Below, piece by piece: positions 20,104 through 31,151 of a stretch of DNA of 64,000 bases (its first letter is position 1; each line of letters starts with the position of its first letter). A program made the translations under genes and the position numbers. This DNA is from an uncultured delta proteobacterium (GTDB lineage Bacteria > Myxococcota_A > UBA9160 > SZUA-336): the NCBI GenBank assembly GCA_963704165.1, contig CAVPHD010000010.1, positions 69,242 through 133,241 on the forward strand, in the 5' to 3' direction. Below the pieces are notes generated by a model that was not told the origin of the DNA, did no database searches, and saw only the letters and a list, made by a program, of their open reading frames with translations.

Positions 20104-20993
20104 CGGTGTCGGTCGTCATCCCCTGCTACAACGGGGCACGCTACCTGCGCGAGGGGATCGAGAGCGTCTTCGAGCAGACGCGGCCACCCGAGCAGGTGAT
20201 CGTCGTCGATGACGGATCGACCGACGACTCGGCCGAGATCGCCGCGAGCATCGCGTGCGTACAGGTGATCCGACAGCCGAATCGCGGAGCGTGCCTGGCG
20301 CGCAACGCCGGCCTGGCGAGAGCGACGGGCGAGTTCGTGGTCTTTCACGATGCCGACGACCGCCTGCTTCCGCACGCGCTCGAGATCGGACTCGACGCGC
20401 ACGCATCCCACCCCGGCTGCGCGTTCGTGTTCGGCTTCAATCGCACGATCCTCGCCGATGGAAGCGCAAAGGCCGAGCCAGCGCGCGCTCCCGTGAACGA
20501 CGCCAGCTACCTGCGCACCCTCGAGGGCGAGACGCTCGTCCCGCCGGGTGCCGCGATGTTCAGACGGCTCGCGGTCGAGGCGGTCGGCGGCTTTCGCGAC
20601 GGGACGTTTCCGACCGAGGACTACGATCTCTATCTGCGGATCAGCCGCGAAGCGCCGATCCGCTGTCACAATCAGGTCGTGGCCGAGTACCGCGCGCATG
20701 GCGGGAACGCGACCAGCGGTGGCTCCGTGCGAACCCTGCGTTCGGTGCTCCGCGTGCTCGAGGATCAGCGGGACTTCGTCCGCGGCCGATCCGAGCTCGA
20801 GCAGGCGCTCGAGCGCGGACGGCGTCACTGGGGTCGGGTCTTCGGTCCGCGCATCGCGTTCGAGGCCGTCGAGCAGCTCCGGCGCGGGCGGCTGACGCGA
20901 TCACTCGATGCGCTCGCGCTCTCGCTGCGTTGGCACCCGCGGGGTCTGCTCGACGTGGTTCGCCACCTCGCCCGGCGCCGGGCGAACGGATGA
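20100..20993 (+). CDS. Glycosyltransferase family 2
   Basis: VSVVIPCYN, VDDGSTD, ARNAG, DADD and EDYDL motifs. Confidence 0.92.
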   Translation: MTVSVVIPCYNGARYLREGIESVFEQTRPPEQVIVVDDGSTDDSAEIAASIACVQVIRQPNRGACLARNAGLARATGEFVVFHDADDRLLPHALEIGLDAHASHPGCAFVFGFNRTILADGSAKAEPARAPVNDASYLRTLEGETLVPPGAAMFRRLAVEAVGGFRDGTFPTEDYDLYLRISREAPIRCHNQVVAEYRAHGGNATSGGSVRTLRSVLRVLEDQRDFVRGRSELEQALERGRRHWGRVFGPRIAFEAVEQLRRGRLTRSLDALALSLRWHPRGLLDVVRHLARRRANG

Positions 20994-22106
20994 CGCCTCG
21001 GGCTCAGCACAGGACGGCTCGGGAATCCAGCCGAGCTTCGCGAGCCGCGCGGCGATCGCGGCGGCGATGAAGCGGTTGCCGTGCGCGGAGTAGTGCGCGC
21101 CCGCTCCGTTCTCGAGCGTGCGCGCCTGGAAGAGCTCGCGCCGCTCGGGATCGGGAACGCGTTCGAGCTCGTCGCGAAGGTCCGCGAAGACGAGGCCCTC
21201 CGAGCGAACGCGCTCGATCGCCGCCGCCCCGAAGGCGGGGATCGCTTCGATCTCCGATGGACGCCCGTGCGCCGGGTGCGGCAGGTGCACGAGCAGGAAG
21301 CGAGCGTCGCGCTCCGCGGCCAGGCGCGCGAGCTCCCGGAAGATCGCCTCGTCCAGACGCTCGGCCTCGGCTTCGCTCATCACCTCGGGGATCGCTTCGC
21401 GTGGAGCGAGCCGGGTGATCACGGCGCGCGGAAGCTGGACGAGCCGGAGCTGCTCGAAGATCGCCAGGTTCTGCGTCAGCACCGGCAGCAGATACGGCGC
21501 GCGCGGCACGGGCACGTTCTCCGCGACCAGCTTTCCGTCCGTCAGCCGAAGCACGGGCTTGCCGTAGCCGAGCATGTCGTCGTGGCGGACGCGCGCGAGA
21601 TCGTCGCCGATGAACGCCAGGACCAGCACGTCCTGGTCGATCGCGAGACCGTCGCGCCGGTACCAGAGGTAGCTCTGATCGATTCCGTACCCCGACTGCC
21701 CCATGTTGGGCACCTCGAGCCGCGGACAGAGTCGCTCGAGCCAGGCCGGCCACGAGTCGGAATCGCCGACGTCGTAGCCGAGCGTGAACGAGTCGCCGAG
21801 CGCGACCACGCGCGACTTCCCGGGCGGGATCTCGGGCGAGAACTCGGACGCATTTCGGAATCCCAGGGCGTTCGTGCTGACATCGAGTCCGGGACCGAAG
21901 ACGTCCCTCGCGACGCGGCCCTTCTCGCTCGCCCAGCCGAGCTCGGGGTCGTAGACGGTATGGACGCGCTCGGGCAGCGGCCGCCAGTAGTTCATCCGCC
22001 CCCACCAGACGAAATAGGCCAGGCTCGCGACGCCTTCGAGCAGCGCCAGCACGAGCCCGGTCGCGAGCAGGCCCTTCCAGATGCGGATTGGCGATCGACG
22101 GGTCAT
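20901..22106 (-). CDS. Membrane-anchored SGNH/GDSL hydrolase-family protein
   Basis: N-terminal TM helix; TNALGFR, ALGDSFT, NMGQSGYG, C-terminal HYS..GN; ATG at 22106; 3' end overlaps the convergent GT2 gene. Confidence 0.78.
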   Translation of the reverse strand: MTRRSPIRIWKGLLATGLVLALLEGVASLAYFVWWGRMNYWRPLPERVHTVYDPELGWASEKGRVARDVFGPGLDVSTNALGFRNASEFSPEIPPGKSRVVALGDSFTLGYDVGDSDSWPAWLERLCPRLEVPNMGQSGYGIDQSYLWYRRDGLAIDQDVLVLAFIGDDLARVRHDDMLGYGKPVLRLTDGKLVAENVPVPRAPYLLPVLTQNLAIFEQLRLVQLPRAVITRLAPREAIPEVMSEAEAERLDEAIFRELARLAAERDARFLLVHLPHPAHGRPSEIEAIPAFGAAAIERVRSEGLVFADLRDELERVPDPERRELFQARTLENGAGAHYSAHGNRFIAAAIAARLAKLGWIPEPSCAEPEASSVRPAPGEVANHVEQTPRVPTQRERERIE

Positions 22107-22237
22107 GTGATACCGACCACGGGCGAGCCGGGGCTCGGTGCGGAGGTGGAAATATCGCCGGGACTCATCGCGTCGAAGGTAGCCGAACGGATGCGTGAAC
22201 CGAGCCGGGAATCCTCCGACCGCTGCTGCGATCACGG

Positions 22238-22984
22238 GTGGGTCCCGTGAACGCGGTGATCCTCGGAGGCACGCGCGGCATCGGTCGGGCGCTCGGTCGG
22301 GCGCTCGCGGAGCGCGGCGCGCGACTCGGCCTGCTCGGGCGGAACGAACGGGAGCTCGCGCACTCTGCCTCGGACCTGGCTCTGCGGGGCGCCTCGGGAG
22401 CCGTCGCGACGTTGCACTGCGACCTCGACTCCCCCGCGGACTTCGGCGCCGCCCTCGAGACCGCGGAGCGGCAGATCGGCAGGCTCGACCTCGTCGTGGT
22501 CACGGCCGGCGAGTTCGGCACCCAGGAGGATCTCGAGACCGACCCGGATCTGTGTCGGCGGGTGCTCGATCTCGACTTCACCAAGACCGTGCTCTTCTGC
22601 GAGCAGGCCCGAATCCGCCTGCTCGCGGGTGGCGGCGGCACGCTCTGCGTCTTTTCATCGGTGGCGGGCGATCGCGCGCGAAAACCGGTCGTTCTCTACG
22701 GCGCGGCCAAGGCCGGCCTCAGTCACTACCTCGATGGCCTCGATCTGCGCCATCGCGCGGGCGGCCTGCGCGTGGTCACGGTCAAGCCCGGCTTCGTGCA
22801 CACCGCGATGACGGAGGGTCTGCGGCCGCCGCCCTTCGCCGCGTCGCCGGAACGAGTTGCCGCCACCGTGCTGCGCGGAATCGATCGCGGCCGGCGCATC
22901 GTGTATGCGCCGCCGATCTGGCGCGCGGTCATGACGGCGATCCGCGCGCTTCCTCGCCCGGTGCTAAGGCGCGTGGCATTCTGA
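22238..22984 (+). CDS. SDR oxidoreductase, DprE2-like (polyprenylphosphoryl-2-keto-pentose reductase)
   Basis: GGTRGIG, SSVAGDRAR, YGAAK, VKPGFVHTAMT; directly upstream of a DprE1-like gene. Confidence 0.82.
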   Translation: MGPVNAVILGGTRGIGRALGRALAERGARLGLLGRNERELAHSASDLALRGASGAVATLHCDLDSPADFGAALETAERQIGRLDLVVVTAGEFGTQEDLETDPDLCRRVLDLDFTKTVLFCEQARIRLLAGGGGTLCVFSSVAGDRARKPVVLYGAAKAGLSHYLDGLDLRHRAGGLRVVTVKPGFVHTAMTEGLRPPPFAASPERVAATVLRGIDRGRRIVYAPPIWRAVMTAIRALPRPVLRRVAF

Positions 22985-23030
22985 CGATCCGGACGAGAAG
23001 ACCGATGTCGCGCGGGACGAAAGGAAGTTC

Positions 23031-24351
23031 GTGACCGAGATCTCGGGATGGGGCCGCTACCCACGCATCGACGCGCGCGAGACGCGCGACGAGGATCTCG
23101 AGCGCGCGAGCCGCGAAGGCGTGCTGTTTCGAGGGCTCGGCCGTTCGTATGGCGATGCGTCGCTCCCGGCGCAGAGTGGCGCGCACGTCGTCTCGACGAC
23201 GCGCGCGGATCGTCTGCTCGCATTCGACACGACGAGCGGCGTGCTGCGCGCCGAGGCCGGTCTCGCGCTCGCCGAGCTGAACCGGGTCTTCCTGCCGCGC
23301 GGATTCGCGCCGCCGGTGGTTCCGGGTACGCAGTTCGTGACGCTCGGCGGGCTCGTCGCGTGCGATGTTCACGGCAAGAACCACCACGGAGCGGGCACGT
23401 TCGGACGCCACGTCCGCGCGCTTCGCATGCGCGCGCCGGACGGCCGCGCGCTCGAGGTGTCGGAGACCCACGAGCCCGAGCTCTTCCTCGCGACCCAGGG
23501 CGGCATGGGCCTGACCGGCCAGATCCTCGAGGTCGAGCTGGAATTGCGACGCGTTCCGTCGCCCTGGATACGAGCGGAGACGCGCGCGTTCCCCGACATC
23601 GACGCGCTCGTGGCCGGTCTGCGCGAAGCGAGCCAGCATTCGCCCTACACGCTCGCGTGGAGCGACACGACCGCGCGTGGCCGCTCGCTCGGGCGCGGAA
23701 TCCTGATCACGGGCGATTGGGCCGAGCCCGGCTCGGCGCCGGCTCGCGCGCCGTCGTTTCGTGCGCCGATCGAGATGCCGGTCGATCTGCCCTCGGGCCT
23801 GATCGCGCCCTGGAGCATTCGGCTGTTCAACTCGGCGTACTTCCACCTGCACCGGCGTGCGCGGACCGGCATCGCTCATCCGCGCGCGTTCTTTCACCCG
23901 CTCGACTTCATCGGTCACTGGAATCGAGCGTACGGACGACGCGGATTCGTGCAGTACCAGTGCGTCGTGCCCGTAGATCGCAGATCCAGGAATCGTGCGG
24001 CGCTTGTTCGAGATCCTCCGTCGGATGGACGGGGCGTCGCCGGTCTCGGTGGTGAAGGACTTCGGCGCGCAGGCGCGCGGGCTGCTCTCGTTCCCGCATC
24101 CCGGCGTGACGATCGCGCTCGACCTGCCGATGCGCGGCGCGGCCACGCAGGCGCTCGTCGATCGGTTGAACGACGAGGTCGCCGCCGCGGGCGGCCGCAT
24201 CTATCTCGCCAAGGACGCCCTCACCCGCCCGGATCACTTCCTCGCGATGGAGCACCGCTTTCCCGCCTGGAACGAGATCCGCCGGAAATGGGACCCCGAG
24301 GTCCGCTTGCGCAGCGCGCTGTCGGTACGCCTGCTCGGGGACGAGCCGTGA
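23031..24351 (+). CDS. FAD-binding oxidoreductase, DprE1-like, single frameshift near 23980
   Basis: GWGR, RGLGRSYGDA, PGTQFVTLGG, DVHGKNHH, YGRRGFVQYQ; continues in ORF 23995..24351 with LSFP, GGRIYLAKD, KWDP. Confidence 0.88.
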
Positions 24352-25259
24352 GCAGCGACGCGTTGCGCAGCGGGCGGGAATCGAGCCTCGTGCTCGAGCT
24401 GATTCGCCTGGCGCGGCCGAAGGACTGGCTGAAGAACGTCTTCGTCCTGATGCCCTTGCCCTTCGCGCTCGCCGCTGGTGCTTCGCTCTCGGTCCGTTCG
24501 CTCGCGCTCGGGATCGCTGGCATGTGCCTGGTGAGCTCCGCGGTCTACGCGCTGAACGACGTGCTCGACGCGGAGGTCGATCGCGCGAGCGCGCGGAAGC
24601 GCACGCGCCCGGTCGCTTCGGGTCGAGTCGCCCCGACGTGGGCAATCGGCATGGCGACCGCCTGGCTCGCAGCCGGGATGTCGCTCGGCTGGATCGCGGA
24701 TCAGCCGGGCGCACTCGCGATCTTCGGACTCTACATCGCGCAGAACCTCGTCTACTCGTTCGGCGCGAAGCACGTGCCGCTCGTCGATGTCTTCCTGCTC
24801 TCGACCGGATTCGTGCTCCGCGTGGTGCTCGGCTGCGTGCTCGTCGGTGTCTGGCCCTCGAACTGGCTCCTGCTCTGCTCCTCGGCACTCGCCCTGCTGC
24901 TCGCGCTCGGAAAGCGCCGCGGTGAGCTGCTTCAATCGCCGAGCGAAGCCCACCGCCGTGCGCTCGCGGGCTACAGCCGTACCTACCTCGATCAGGCGAT
25001 GGCCATCGTCGCGGGAATCACGCTCTTCAGCTACGCGCTCTATTCGATCGAGGCGCCGCTGCTCGTCCGGGGACGGGAGTTCGCATCGCTCCCGTTCGTC
25101 GTCTTCGGCGTGCTCGAATACCTGCGGCTCGCGCAGGTTCGGGACGAGGGCGAATCCCCCGTCGAGCTGCTGCTTCGCTCGCCCCGGCTGATCGTCACCG
25201 GCGCGGGCTGGGTGGCCGCGTCGCTCTGGAGCGTCGGATTGCCCGAGCTTCTCGGCTAG
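24348..25259 (+). CDS. UbiA-family polyprenyl-phosphate phosphoribosyltransferase (DPPR synthase-like)
   Basis: RPKDWLKN, NDVLDAEVD, KRTRPVASG, KHVPLVD, KRRGE; multi-TM; GTG at 24348 overlaps the DprE1-like stop. Confidence 0.88.
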   Translation: MSSDALRSGRESSLVLELIRLARPKDWLKNVFVLMPLPFALAAGASLSVRSLALGIAGMCLVSSAVYALNDVLDAEVDRASARKRTRPVASGRVAPTWAIGMATAWLAAGMSLGWIADQPGALAIFGLYIAQNLVYSFGAKHVPLVDVFLLSTGFVLRVVLGCVLVGVWPSNWLLLCSSALALLLALGKRRGELLQSPSEAHRRALAGYSRTYLDQAMAIVAGITLFSYALYSIEAPLLVRGREFASLPFVVFGVLEYLRLAQVRDEGESPVELLLRSPRLIVTGAGWVAASLWSVGLPELLG

Positions 25260-26717
25260 CTCGACTCACCGTCGGCGTCGGCCGAAGCTCGCTTCGCGGG
25301 CTCGAAGAGCGCCAGCTGCCGATCGGCCACGCCGATCTCGTCGACCGGAATCACGTACTCGCCCGAGAAGCACGCGTCGCAGAAGCCGTGCTTCATCGAC
25401 GCCTCGATCCGCCGCAATGACTCGAGCGACAGATACGCGAGGCTGTCGGCCCCGATCATGCTGCGGATCTCCTCGACGCTGTGATTCGCCGCGATCAGCT
25501 CCGTTCGAGTGGGCGTGTCGATCCCGTAGTAGCACGGACCGGTCGTCGGTGGTGACGACACGCGTACGTGGACCTCGCGCGCTCCGGCACCGCGGAAGAG
25601 CGTGACGAGTTTCGAGAGCGTCGTGCCGCGCACGATCGAATCCTCGACGACGACCAGGCGCTTGCCCGCGACCATTTCTCGGATCGGATTGTGCTTCACA
25701 CGAACGCCGAAGAGCCGGATCGATTGCTCCGGCTCGATGAAGGTGCGGCGCACGTAGTGGTTGCGGATCAGCGCATTCTCGTACGGGATGCCCGAAGCCT
25801 CGGCGAAGCCGAGCGCGGCCGACGTGCCCGAGTCGAGGACCGGCACGATCATGTCGGCATCCACCGGGCTCTCGCGCGCGAGCTCGCGTCCGAGCTGCTT
25901 GCGGGTCTGGTAGACGTTCGTGCCGAAGACGAGCGAGTCGGGGCGCGCGAAGTAGATGTGCTCGAATACGCAGAGCTTCTCGGGCACGCGTGGAAGCGGT
26001 TGAACCGAGCGCAACCGCCCGCGCCGGATGATCACGATCTCGCCCGGCTCGACGTCGCGCTCGTACACGGCGCCGATCAGGTCGAAGGCGCAGGTCTCGC
26101 TCGCGACCACCCACGCCTGCCCCAGCCGGCCGAGCGAGAGGGGGCGGAACCCGTGCGGGTCGCGCGCCGCGATGAGCACGTCGTCGATCAAGAAGACCGC
26201 GGACCACGCGCCGCGCACCCGCGAGCACATGTCGCCGAGCCGTTCCTCGAGCGTTCCGCGCGCTCGCGCGAACAGGTGCACGAAGACCTCCGAATCCATC
26301 GTGCTCTGGAAGATCGAGCCGTGGCCTTCGAGCTCGGCGCGGATCGCGATGGCGTTGGTGAGATTTCCGTTGTGCGCCACCGCGACCACCGAGCGGCCCA
26401 TGTTCGCGAGGAAGGGCTGGGCATCGCGCAGGTTGCTCGATCCGGCGGTCGAGTAGCGAACGTGACCGATCGCGATCCGTCCCGGCAGATGCGACAGCTC
26501 GTCCTGCGAGAAGATCTCCGCGACCAGGCCCATGCCCTTGTGAATGTGGCTCTCGCCGCCGTCGCGCGTGACGATGCCCGCCGACTCCTGACCGCGGTGC
26601 TGCAGCGCGTAGAGCCCCAGGTACGCCAGGTTCGCCGCCTCGGGATGGCCGGCGATGCCCATCACGCCGCACTCCTCCCGGAAGCGATCGAGGCGATTGC
26701 GGCGGAATCTCGCTCAT
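25256..26717 (-). CDS. purF: Amidophosphoribosyltransferase (frameshift within the first ~10 codons)
   Basis: DRFREECGV propeptide/catalytic Cys just upstream of ORF 25256..26665; [32 protein letters not shown] at 26717 overlaps the purL stop but is one base out of frame. Confidence 0.95.
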
Positions 26718-28924
26718 CCAAGGGCCTCCGGAAGCGTGCGCGCCCAGACATCGTGCGCCTCGGTGAGCGCGACGTCGACCCCGGGTGCGATGCGAACGCG
26801 CTCGCCGCCAACGCGGCCGATCGCCGCCGCGGGAACGCCCTGCGCGCGAGCCAGTGCGAGCAGTGCATCCGCGAGAGCGGGATCACAGGAAACGATCGCG
26901 CGGCTCGCCGACTCGGAGAAGAGCGCGTACTCGGGACGCCCGTGCAGATCGGCCAGGGTCACCTCGACGCCGAGGCCCGAGCGGATCGCGCACTCGGCGA
27001 GCGCGATCGCTGCGCCGCCCTCGGAGCAATCGTGCGCCGAGCGAAGCAGACCCGAGCGCGCGGCCTCGACGAGCAGCGCCTGCAGGCGTTTCTCGGCTTC
27101 GAGATCGAGCGCCGGCGGCGCGCCGCGCTCGAGATCGTGGCGCACGGCCAGATACTCGCTCGCGCCGAGCTCGGCGTGGGTCTCGCCGAGCAGCAGCACA
27201 TGATCGCCCTCGCTGCGAAATGCGGCGGGCACCGCGCGCGAGACGTCCTCGAGCAGGCCGACCATGCCGATCGTCGGGGTGGGCGGAATCGCGCCCTCTC
27301 CCGCGGTCTCGTTGTAGAAGCTGACGTTGCCGCCGGTGATCGGCACGCCGAGCGCGCGGCACGCGTCCCCCATTCCGCGCACGGCCTCGGCGAACTCCCA
27401 CATGCACTCCGGGCGCTCCGGGCTGCCGAAGTTCAGGCAGTTGGTCGCCGCGAGCGGCCGTGCACCCGTCACCGCGACGTTGCGCGCGGACTCGGCCACC
27501 GCGTGCATCGCGCCGAGGTACGGATCCTGCGCGCAGTAGCGCGGATTGCAGTCGGTCTTGAGCGCGAGCCCGCGCTCGGTTTCCGGCACGCGCACGACGG
27601 CGGCGTCGCCACCGGGTCGCAGGACCGTGGACGATTGCACGAGCTGGTCGTACTGCCGGTACACCCATTCGCGCGAGCAGAGATTCGGCGAGCCGAGCAG
27701 TTCGAGCAGCGCACCCGACGGATCCTTCTCGGCCGGCAACGCCGCGAGATCGAGGTGCTGGCGCGTTTCGAAGTCCGCCGGGCGCGTGCGCGGGCGTTCG
27801 TAGACGGGAGAGCTCGCGGCGATCGGATCGACCGGGATGTCGACGACGGTCTCGCCGTGCCAACGCACCCGCATGCGGCCGTCGTTCGTCACGCGCCCGA
27901 CGAGGGCCGCATCGAGATCCCACTTCGCGAAGACGTCGAGGATCTCCTGCTCGCGACCCGCCTCCGCTACGAGCAGCATGCGCTCCTGCGACTCCGAGAG
28001 CAGGAGCTCGTACGGCGTCATGCCGGATTCGCGCTGCGGTACGCGGTCGAGATCCATCTCGATGCCCGTGCCGGAGCGCGAGGCCATCTCGAACGACGAG
28101 CAGGTGAGCCCCGCCGCACCCATGTCCTGGATGCCGACGATCGCACCGGTCGCCATCGCCTCGAGACAGGCTTCGAGAAGGAGCTTCTCGGTGAACGGAT
28201 CCCCCATCTGCACGGTCGGCCGCATTTCCTCGGTGTGCTCGTCGAACTCCGACGACGCGAGCAGGCTCGCGCCGTGGATGCCGTCGCGCCCCGTCTTCGA
28301 ACCGACGTAGATCACCGGATTTCCGATTCCGGCGGCTTTCGCGAGGAAGATCCCTTCGGCGCGCGCGATGCCGACGTTCATCGCGTTCACCAGGATGTTC
28401 CTGCGATAGCGCGGGTGGAACGTGACCTCGCCACCGACGGTCGCGCAGCCGAAGCAGTTCCCGTACGAGCCGACTCCCGAAACGACCCCACGCACGAGGA
28501 ATCGCTGGTGAGGATCGTCGAGCGGGCCGAAGCGGAGCGAGTCGAGCGACGCGAGCGGGCGCGCGCCCATCGTGAAGATGTCGCGCAGGATCCCCCCGAC
28601 GCCCGTCGCAGCGCCCGCGTGCGGCTCGACGTAGGACGGGTGATTGTGGCTCTCGATCTTGAAGACGCAGACGATGCCATCGCCGATGTCCACGACGCCG
28701 GCGTTCTCGCCCGGTCCCTGGACCACGCACGGCCCCTTCGTCGGCAGCGTCTGCAGGAGCTTCTTGCTCGACTTGTAGGAGCAGTGCTCGGACCACATCA
28801 CCGAGAAGATCCCGAGCTCCGGGTAGCTCGGCACGCGCCCGAGGATCTCGATCATCCGCGCGGCCTCGTGCTCCGAGAGGCCGTGGTCGCGCGCGAGCTC
28901 GAGGGTGACTTCGGGATCCTTCAT
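26714..28924 (-). CDS. purL: Phosphoribosylformylglycinamidine synthase subunit PurL
   Basis: [41 protein letters not shown]. Confidence 0.97.
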   Translation of the reverse strand: MKDPEVTLELARDHGLSEHEAARMIEILGRVPSYPELGIFSVMWSEHCSYKSSKKLLQTLPTKGPCVVQGPGENAGVVDIGDGIVCVFKIESHNHPSYVEPHAGAATGVGGILRDIFTMGARPLASLDSLRFGPLDDPHQRFLVRGVVSGVGSYGNCFGCATVGGEVTFHPRYRRNILVNAMNVGIARAEGIFLAKAAGIGNPVIYVGSKTGRDGIHGASLLASSEFDEHTEEMRPTVQMGDPFTEKLLLEACLEAMATGAIVGIQDMGAAGLTCSSFEMASRSGTGIEMDLDRVPQRESGMTPYELLLSESQERMLLVAEAGREQEILDVFAKWDLDAALVGRVTNDGRMRVRWHGETVVDIPVDPIAASSPVYERPRTRPADFETRQHLDLAALPAEKDPSGALLELLGSPNLCSREWVYRQYDQLVQSSTVLRPGGDAAVVRVPETERGLALKTDCNPRYCAQDPYLGAMHAVAESARNVAVTGARPLAATNCLNFGSPERPECMWEFAEAVRGMGDACRALGVPITGGNVSFYNETAGEGAIPPTPTIGMVGLLEDVSRAVPAAFRSEGDHVLLLGETHAELGASEYLAVRHDLERGAPPALDLEAEKRLQALLVEAARSGLLRSAHDCSEGGAAIALAECAIRSGLGVEVTLADLHGRPEYALFSESASRAIVSCDPALADALLALARAQGVPAAAIGRVGGERVRIAPGVDVALTEAHDVWARTLPEALG

Positions 28925-29593
28925 CGCGCGTCCCGCGCTTCGCTGCACGCGGCCAGAAAGGAGCGGATCAGGAGCGCACCGTCGGTCGAGCCGAGCAGCG
29001 GATCGACGGCGTGCTCGGGATGCGGCATCAGCCCCATCACGTTTCCCGCGCCGTTCACGACCCCCGCGATGTCGTCGGTCGAGCCGTTCGGATTTCCGCC
29101 GACGTAGCGGAACGCGACGCGCGGTTTTCGCTCGGGATCCGGGATGTACGCGCCCTCTCCGTGCTTGACGGGCATGACCAACGCGCGCCCGGGCGAGAGA
29201 TCCGATCGCATCTGGCCGGGATCATCGACCGCGATGCGCACGTCCTCGCAGACGTACCGGAGGTCCGAATTGCGAACGAGCGCACCGGGCAGGAGCTGCG
29301 CCTCGCACAGGATCTGGAATCCGTTGCAGATCCCGAGCACGGGCCGACCGGACGATGCGAAGTCGACGAGCGCGCGCATCACCGGCGAGAAGCGGGCCAT
29401 CGCGCCGCAGCGCAGGTAGTCACCGTAGGAGAACCCGCCGGGCACGCCGATGCCGTCGAGCTCCGGCAGTCGCGCGTCCTTGTGCCAGATCATCTGCACG
29501 TCCGCGCCGCAGAGCTCAAGACCGCGCGCCAGATCCCGATCGTCGAGCGATCCCGGGAAAGACGAGCACACCGACGCGTGCGGGCCTGCTCAC
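28921..29593 (-). CDS. purQ: FGAM synthase glutaminase subunit PurQ (frameshift near 29555)
   Basis: VGVLVFPG then SLDDRD in a shifted frame; [23 protein letters not shown]. Confidence 0.95.
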
Positions 29594-29827
29594 ACCAGGA
29601 TCTCGTACTGCTCGATCACCGGGTTCGCGAGCAGCTTCTCGCAGAGCTCGCGCGCGAGGGCGCGGGCCTTCTCGGGATCGTCGGCATCGACGTCGAGGAC
29701 GACCTGCTTGCCGGTGCGCACACCCGAGACCTGGGAGTAGCCGAGGTCGCGACAGCGCGTGTTCGATCGCTCGGCCCTGCGCATCGAGCACGCCCGGCTT
29801 CAGACTCACCAGCACGCGAACCTTCAT
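29590..29827 (-). CDS. purS: FGAM synthase subunit PurS (frameshift near 29750)
   Basis: [18 protein letters not shown] in one frame and LGY..VRTGK..LLANPVIE in another. Confidence 0.92.
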
Positions 29828-31137
29828 CGCGACTCCTGTACCCGCGCGCGAAGGACGCGCTCGAAGATCCGGTCGACGCTGCGCAAGTGCCGCTCGAGGT
29901 CGAAGCACTCGGCGAGCTCGTCGGGATCGAGGACTTTTCCGAGCTCGGAATCCGCGGCGAGTCGATCGTGAAGATGCCCGCCCTCGTCCCAGGTCGCCAT
30001 CGCGTGGCGCTGCACCAGCCGATACGCGTCCTGGCGTGAGATTCCGTGGCGAGCGAGGGCGAGCAGCACCGTCTGCGAGTAGACCAGCCCGCGCGCAGAA
30101 TCGAGATTCGCGCGCATCCGCTCGGGACGGACCTCGAGGCTCTCGACGAGCCCGGCGAGCCGGTGGAGCATGAAGTGCACGACCGTCGTCGCGTCGGGAC
30201 AGACGATCCGCTCGACGGAGCTGTTCGAGATGTCGCGCTCGTGCCAGAGCACCGAGTTCTCGAGCGACGAGACCGCATACCCACGGAGCACGCGTGCGAG
30301 CCCGGTCAGCGTCTCGAAGCGCCATGGGTTGCGCTTGTGGGGCATCGCCGAGCTGCCCTTCTGCTCGCTGCCGAAGAATTCCATCACCTCGCCGACTTCG
30401 CTGCGCGCGAGGTGTCGGATCTCGACCGAGAACGCCTCGATGCTGCCCGCGACGAGCGCCAGCGTGCACATCACTTCCGCGTGCCGATCGCGCGGAGTGA
30501 TCTGCGTCGAGATCGCGGCCGGACGCAGGCCGAGCCCGGCGAGCACCTCTTCTTCCACCGACGGATCGAGGTGCGCGAACGTTCCGACCGCGCCGGAGAG
30601 CTTGCCCACCGCCGCCTCGTCGCGCGCGCGCGCGAGCCGATCGCGGTTCCGGCGGAGCTCGTCCCAGGCCTTCAAGAGCTTCAGGCCGAAGGTCGTCGGC
30701 TCGGCGAAGATGCCGTGCGTGCGCCCGACGCAGACGGTGCGCTCGTGCTCGATCGCTCGCTTCTCGAGCACACCGAGCGCGCGATCGCACTCGAGCAGAC
30801 AGAGGTCGAGCGCGTCGCGCATCTGCAGCGCGAGGCAGGTATCGAGAACGTCCGACGACGTCAGCCCCAGATGCACGTAGCGCGCGGCCGGACCGATCTG
30901 CTCGGCGAGTGCGTCGAGGAAGGCATTCACGTCGTGATGCACGCGTTCCTCGATCTCGGCGACTCGTTTCGGATCGACCTTCGCCCGCTTCTCGATCGCC
31001 AGGAACGCTTCGCGCGGGATCTCGCCGCGCCGCTCGAGCGCACGACAGACCTCGACCTCGATCCGGACCCAGTGAGCGTAGCGCCGCTCGTCGGACCAGA
31101 TCCCCTCCATCTCGGGGCGCGTGTAGCGGGAGATCAA
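29824..31137 (-). CDS. purB: Adenylosuccinate lyase
   Basis: [40 protein letters not shown]. Confidence 0.97.
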   Translation of the reverse strand: MISRYTRPEMEGIWSDERRYAHWVRIEVEVCRALERRGEIPREAFLAIEKRAKVDPKRVAEIEERVHHDVNAFLDALAEQIGPAARYVHLGLTSSDVLDTCLALQMRDALDLCLLECDRALGVLEKRAIEHERTVCVGRTHGIFAEPTTFGLKLLKAWDELRRNRDRLARARDEAAVGKLSGAVGTFAHLDPSVEEEVLAGLGLRPAAISTQITPRDRHAEVMCTLALVAGSIEAFSVEIRHLARSEVGEVMEFFGSEQKGSSAMPHKRNPWRFETLTGLARVLRGYAVSSLENSVLWHERDISNSSVERIVCPDATTVVHFMLHRLAGLVESLEVRPERMRANLDSARGLVYSQTVLLALARHGISRQDAYRLVQRHAMATWDEGGHLHDRLAADSELGKVLDPDELAECFDLERHLRSVDRIFERVLRARVQESR

Positions 31138-31151
31138 GGGGGCCTCCTCGG

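Noticed and set aside
20901..20993. 93-nt convergent overlap between the GT2 and SGNH genes
   Set aside because: Stop codons are scarce at this GC content and the overlapping SGNH tail looks non-conserved; could also reflect an indel
22160..22200. GCCGAA box upstream of the DprE2-like gene as a sixth sigma-28-like promoter
   Set aside because: No TCAAG-like element at 14-15 nt spacing
23031..25259. 742-aa DprE1-UbiA fusion
   Set aside because: Created by one frameshift near 23980; the true DprE1 C-terminus ends at 24351 and overlaps the UbiA start
25568..29107. Long antisense ORFs (also 32489..35032, 37280..39955, 45213..47762, 46264..49860, 51064..53931)
   Set aside because: Shadow frames of real high-GC genes; no recognisable motifs
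29516..29827. Programmed frameshifting or pseudogenisation of purS/purQ
   Set aside because: No convincing slippery site with a stimulatory structure; matches the window-wide indel error pattern
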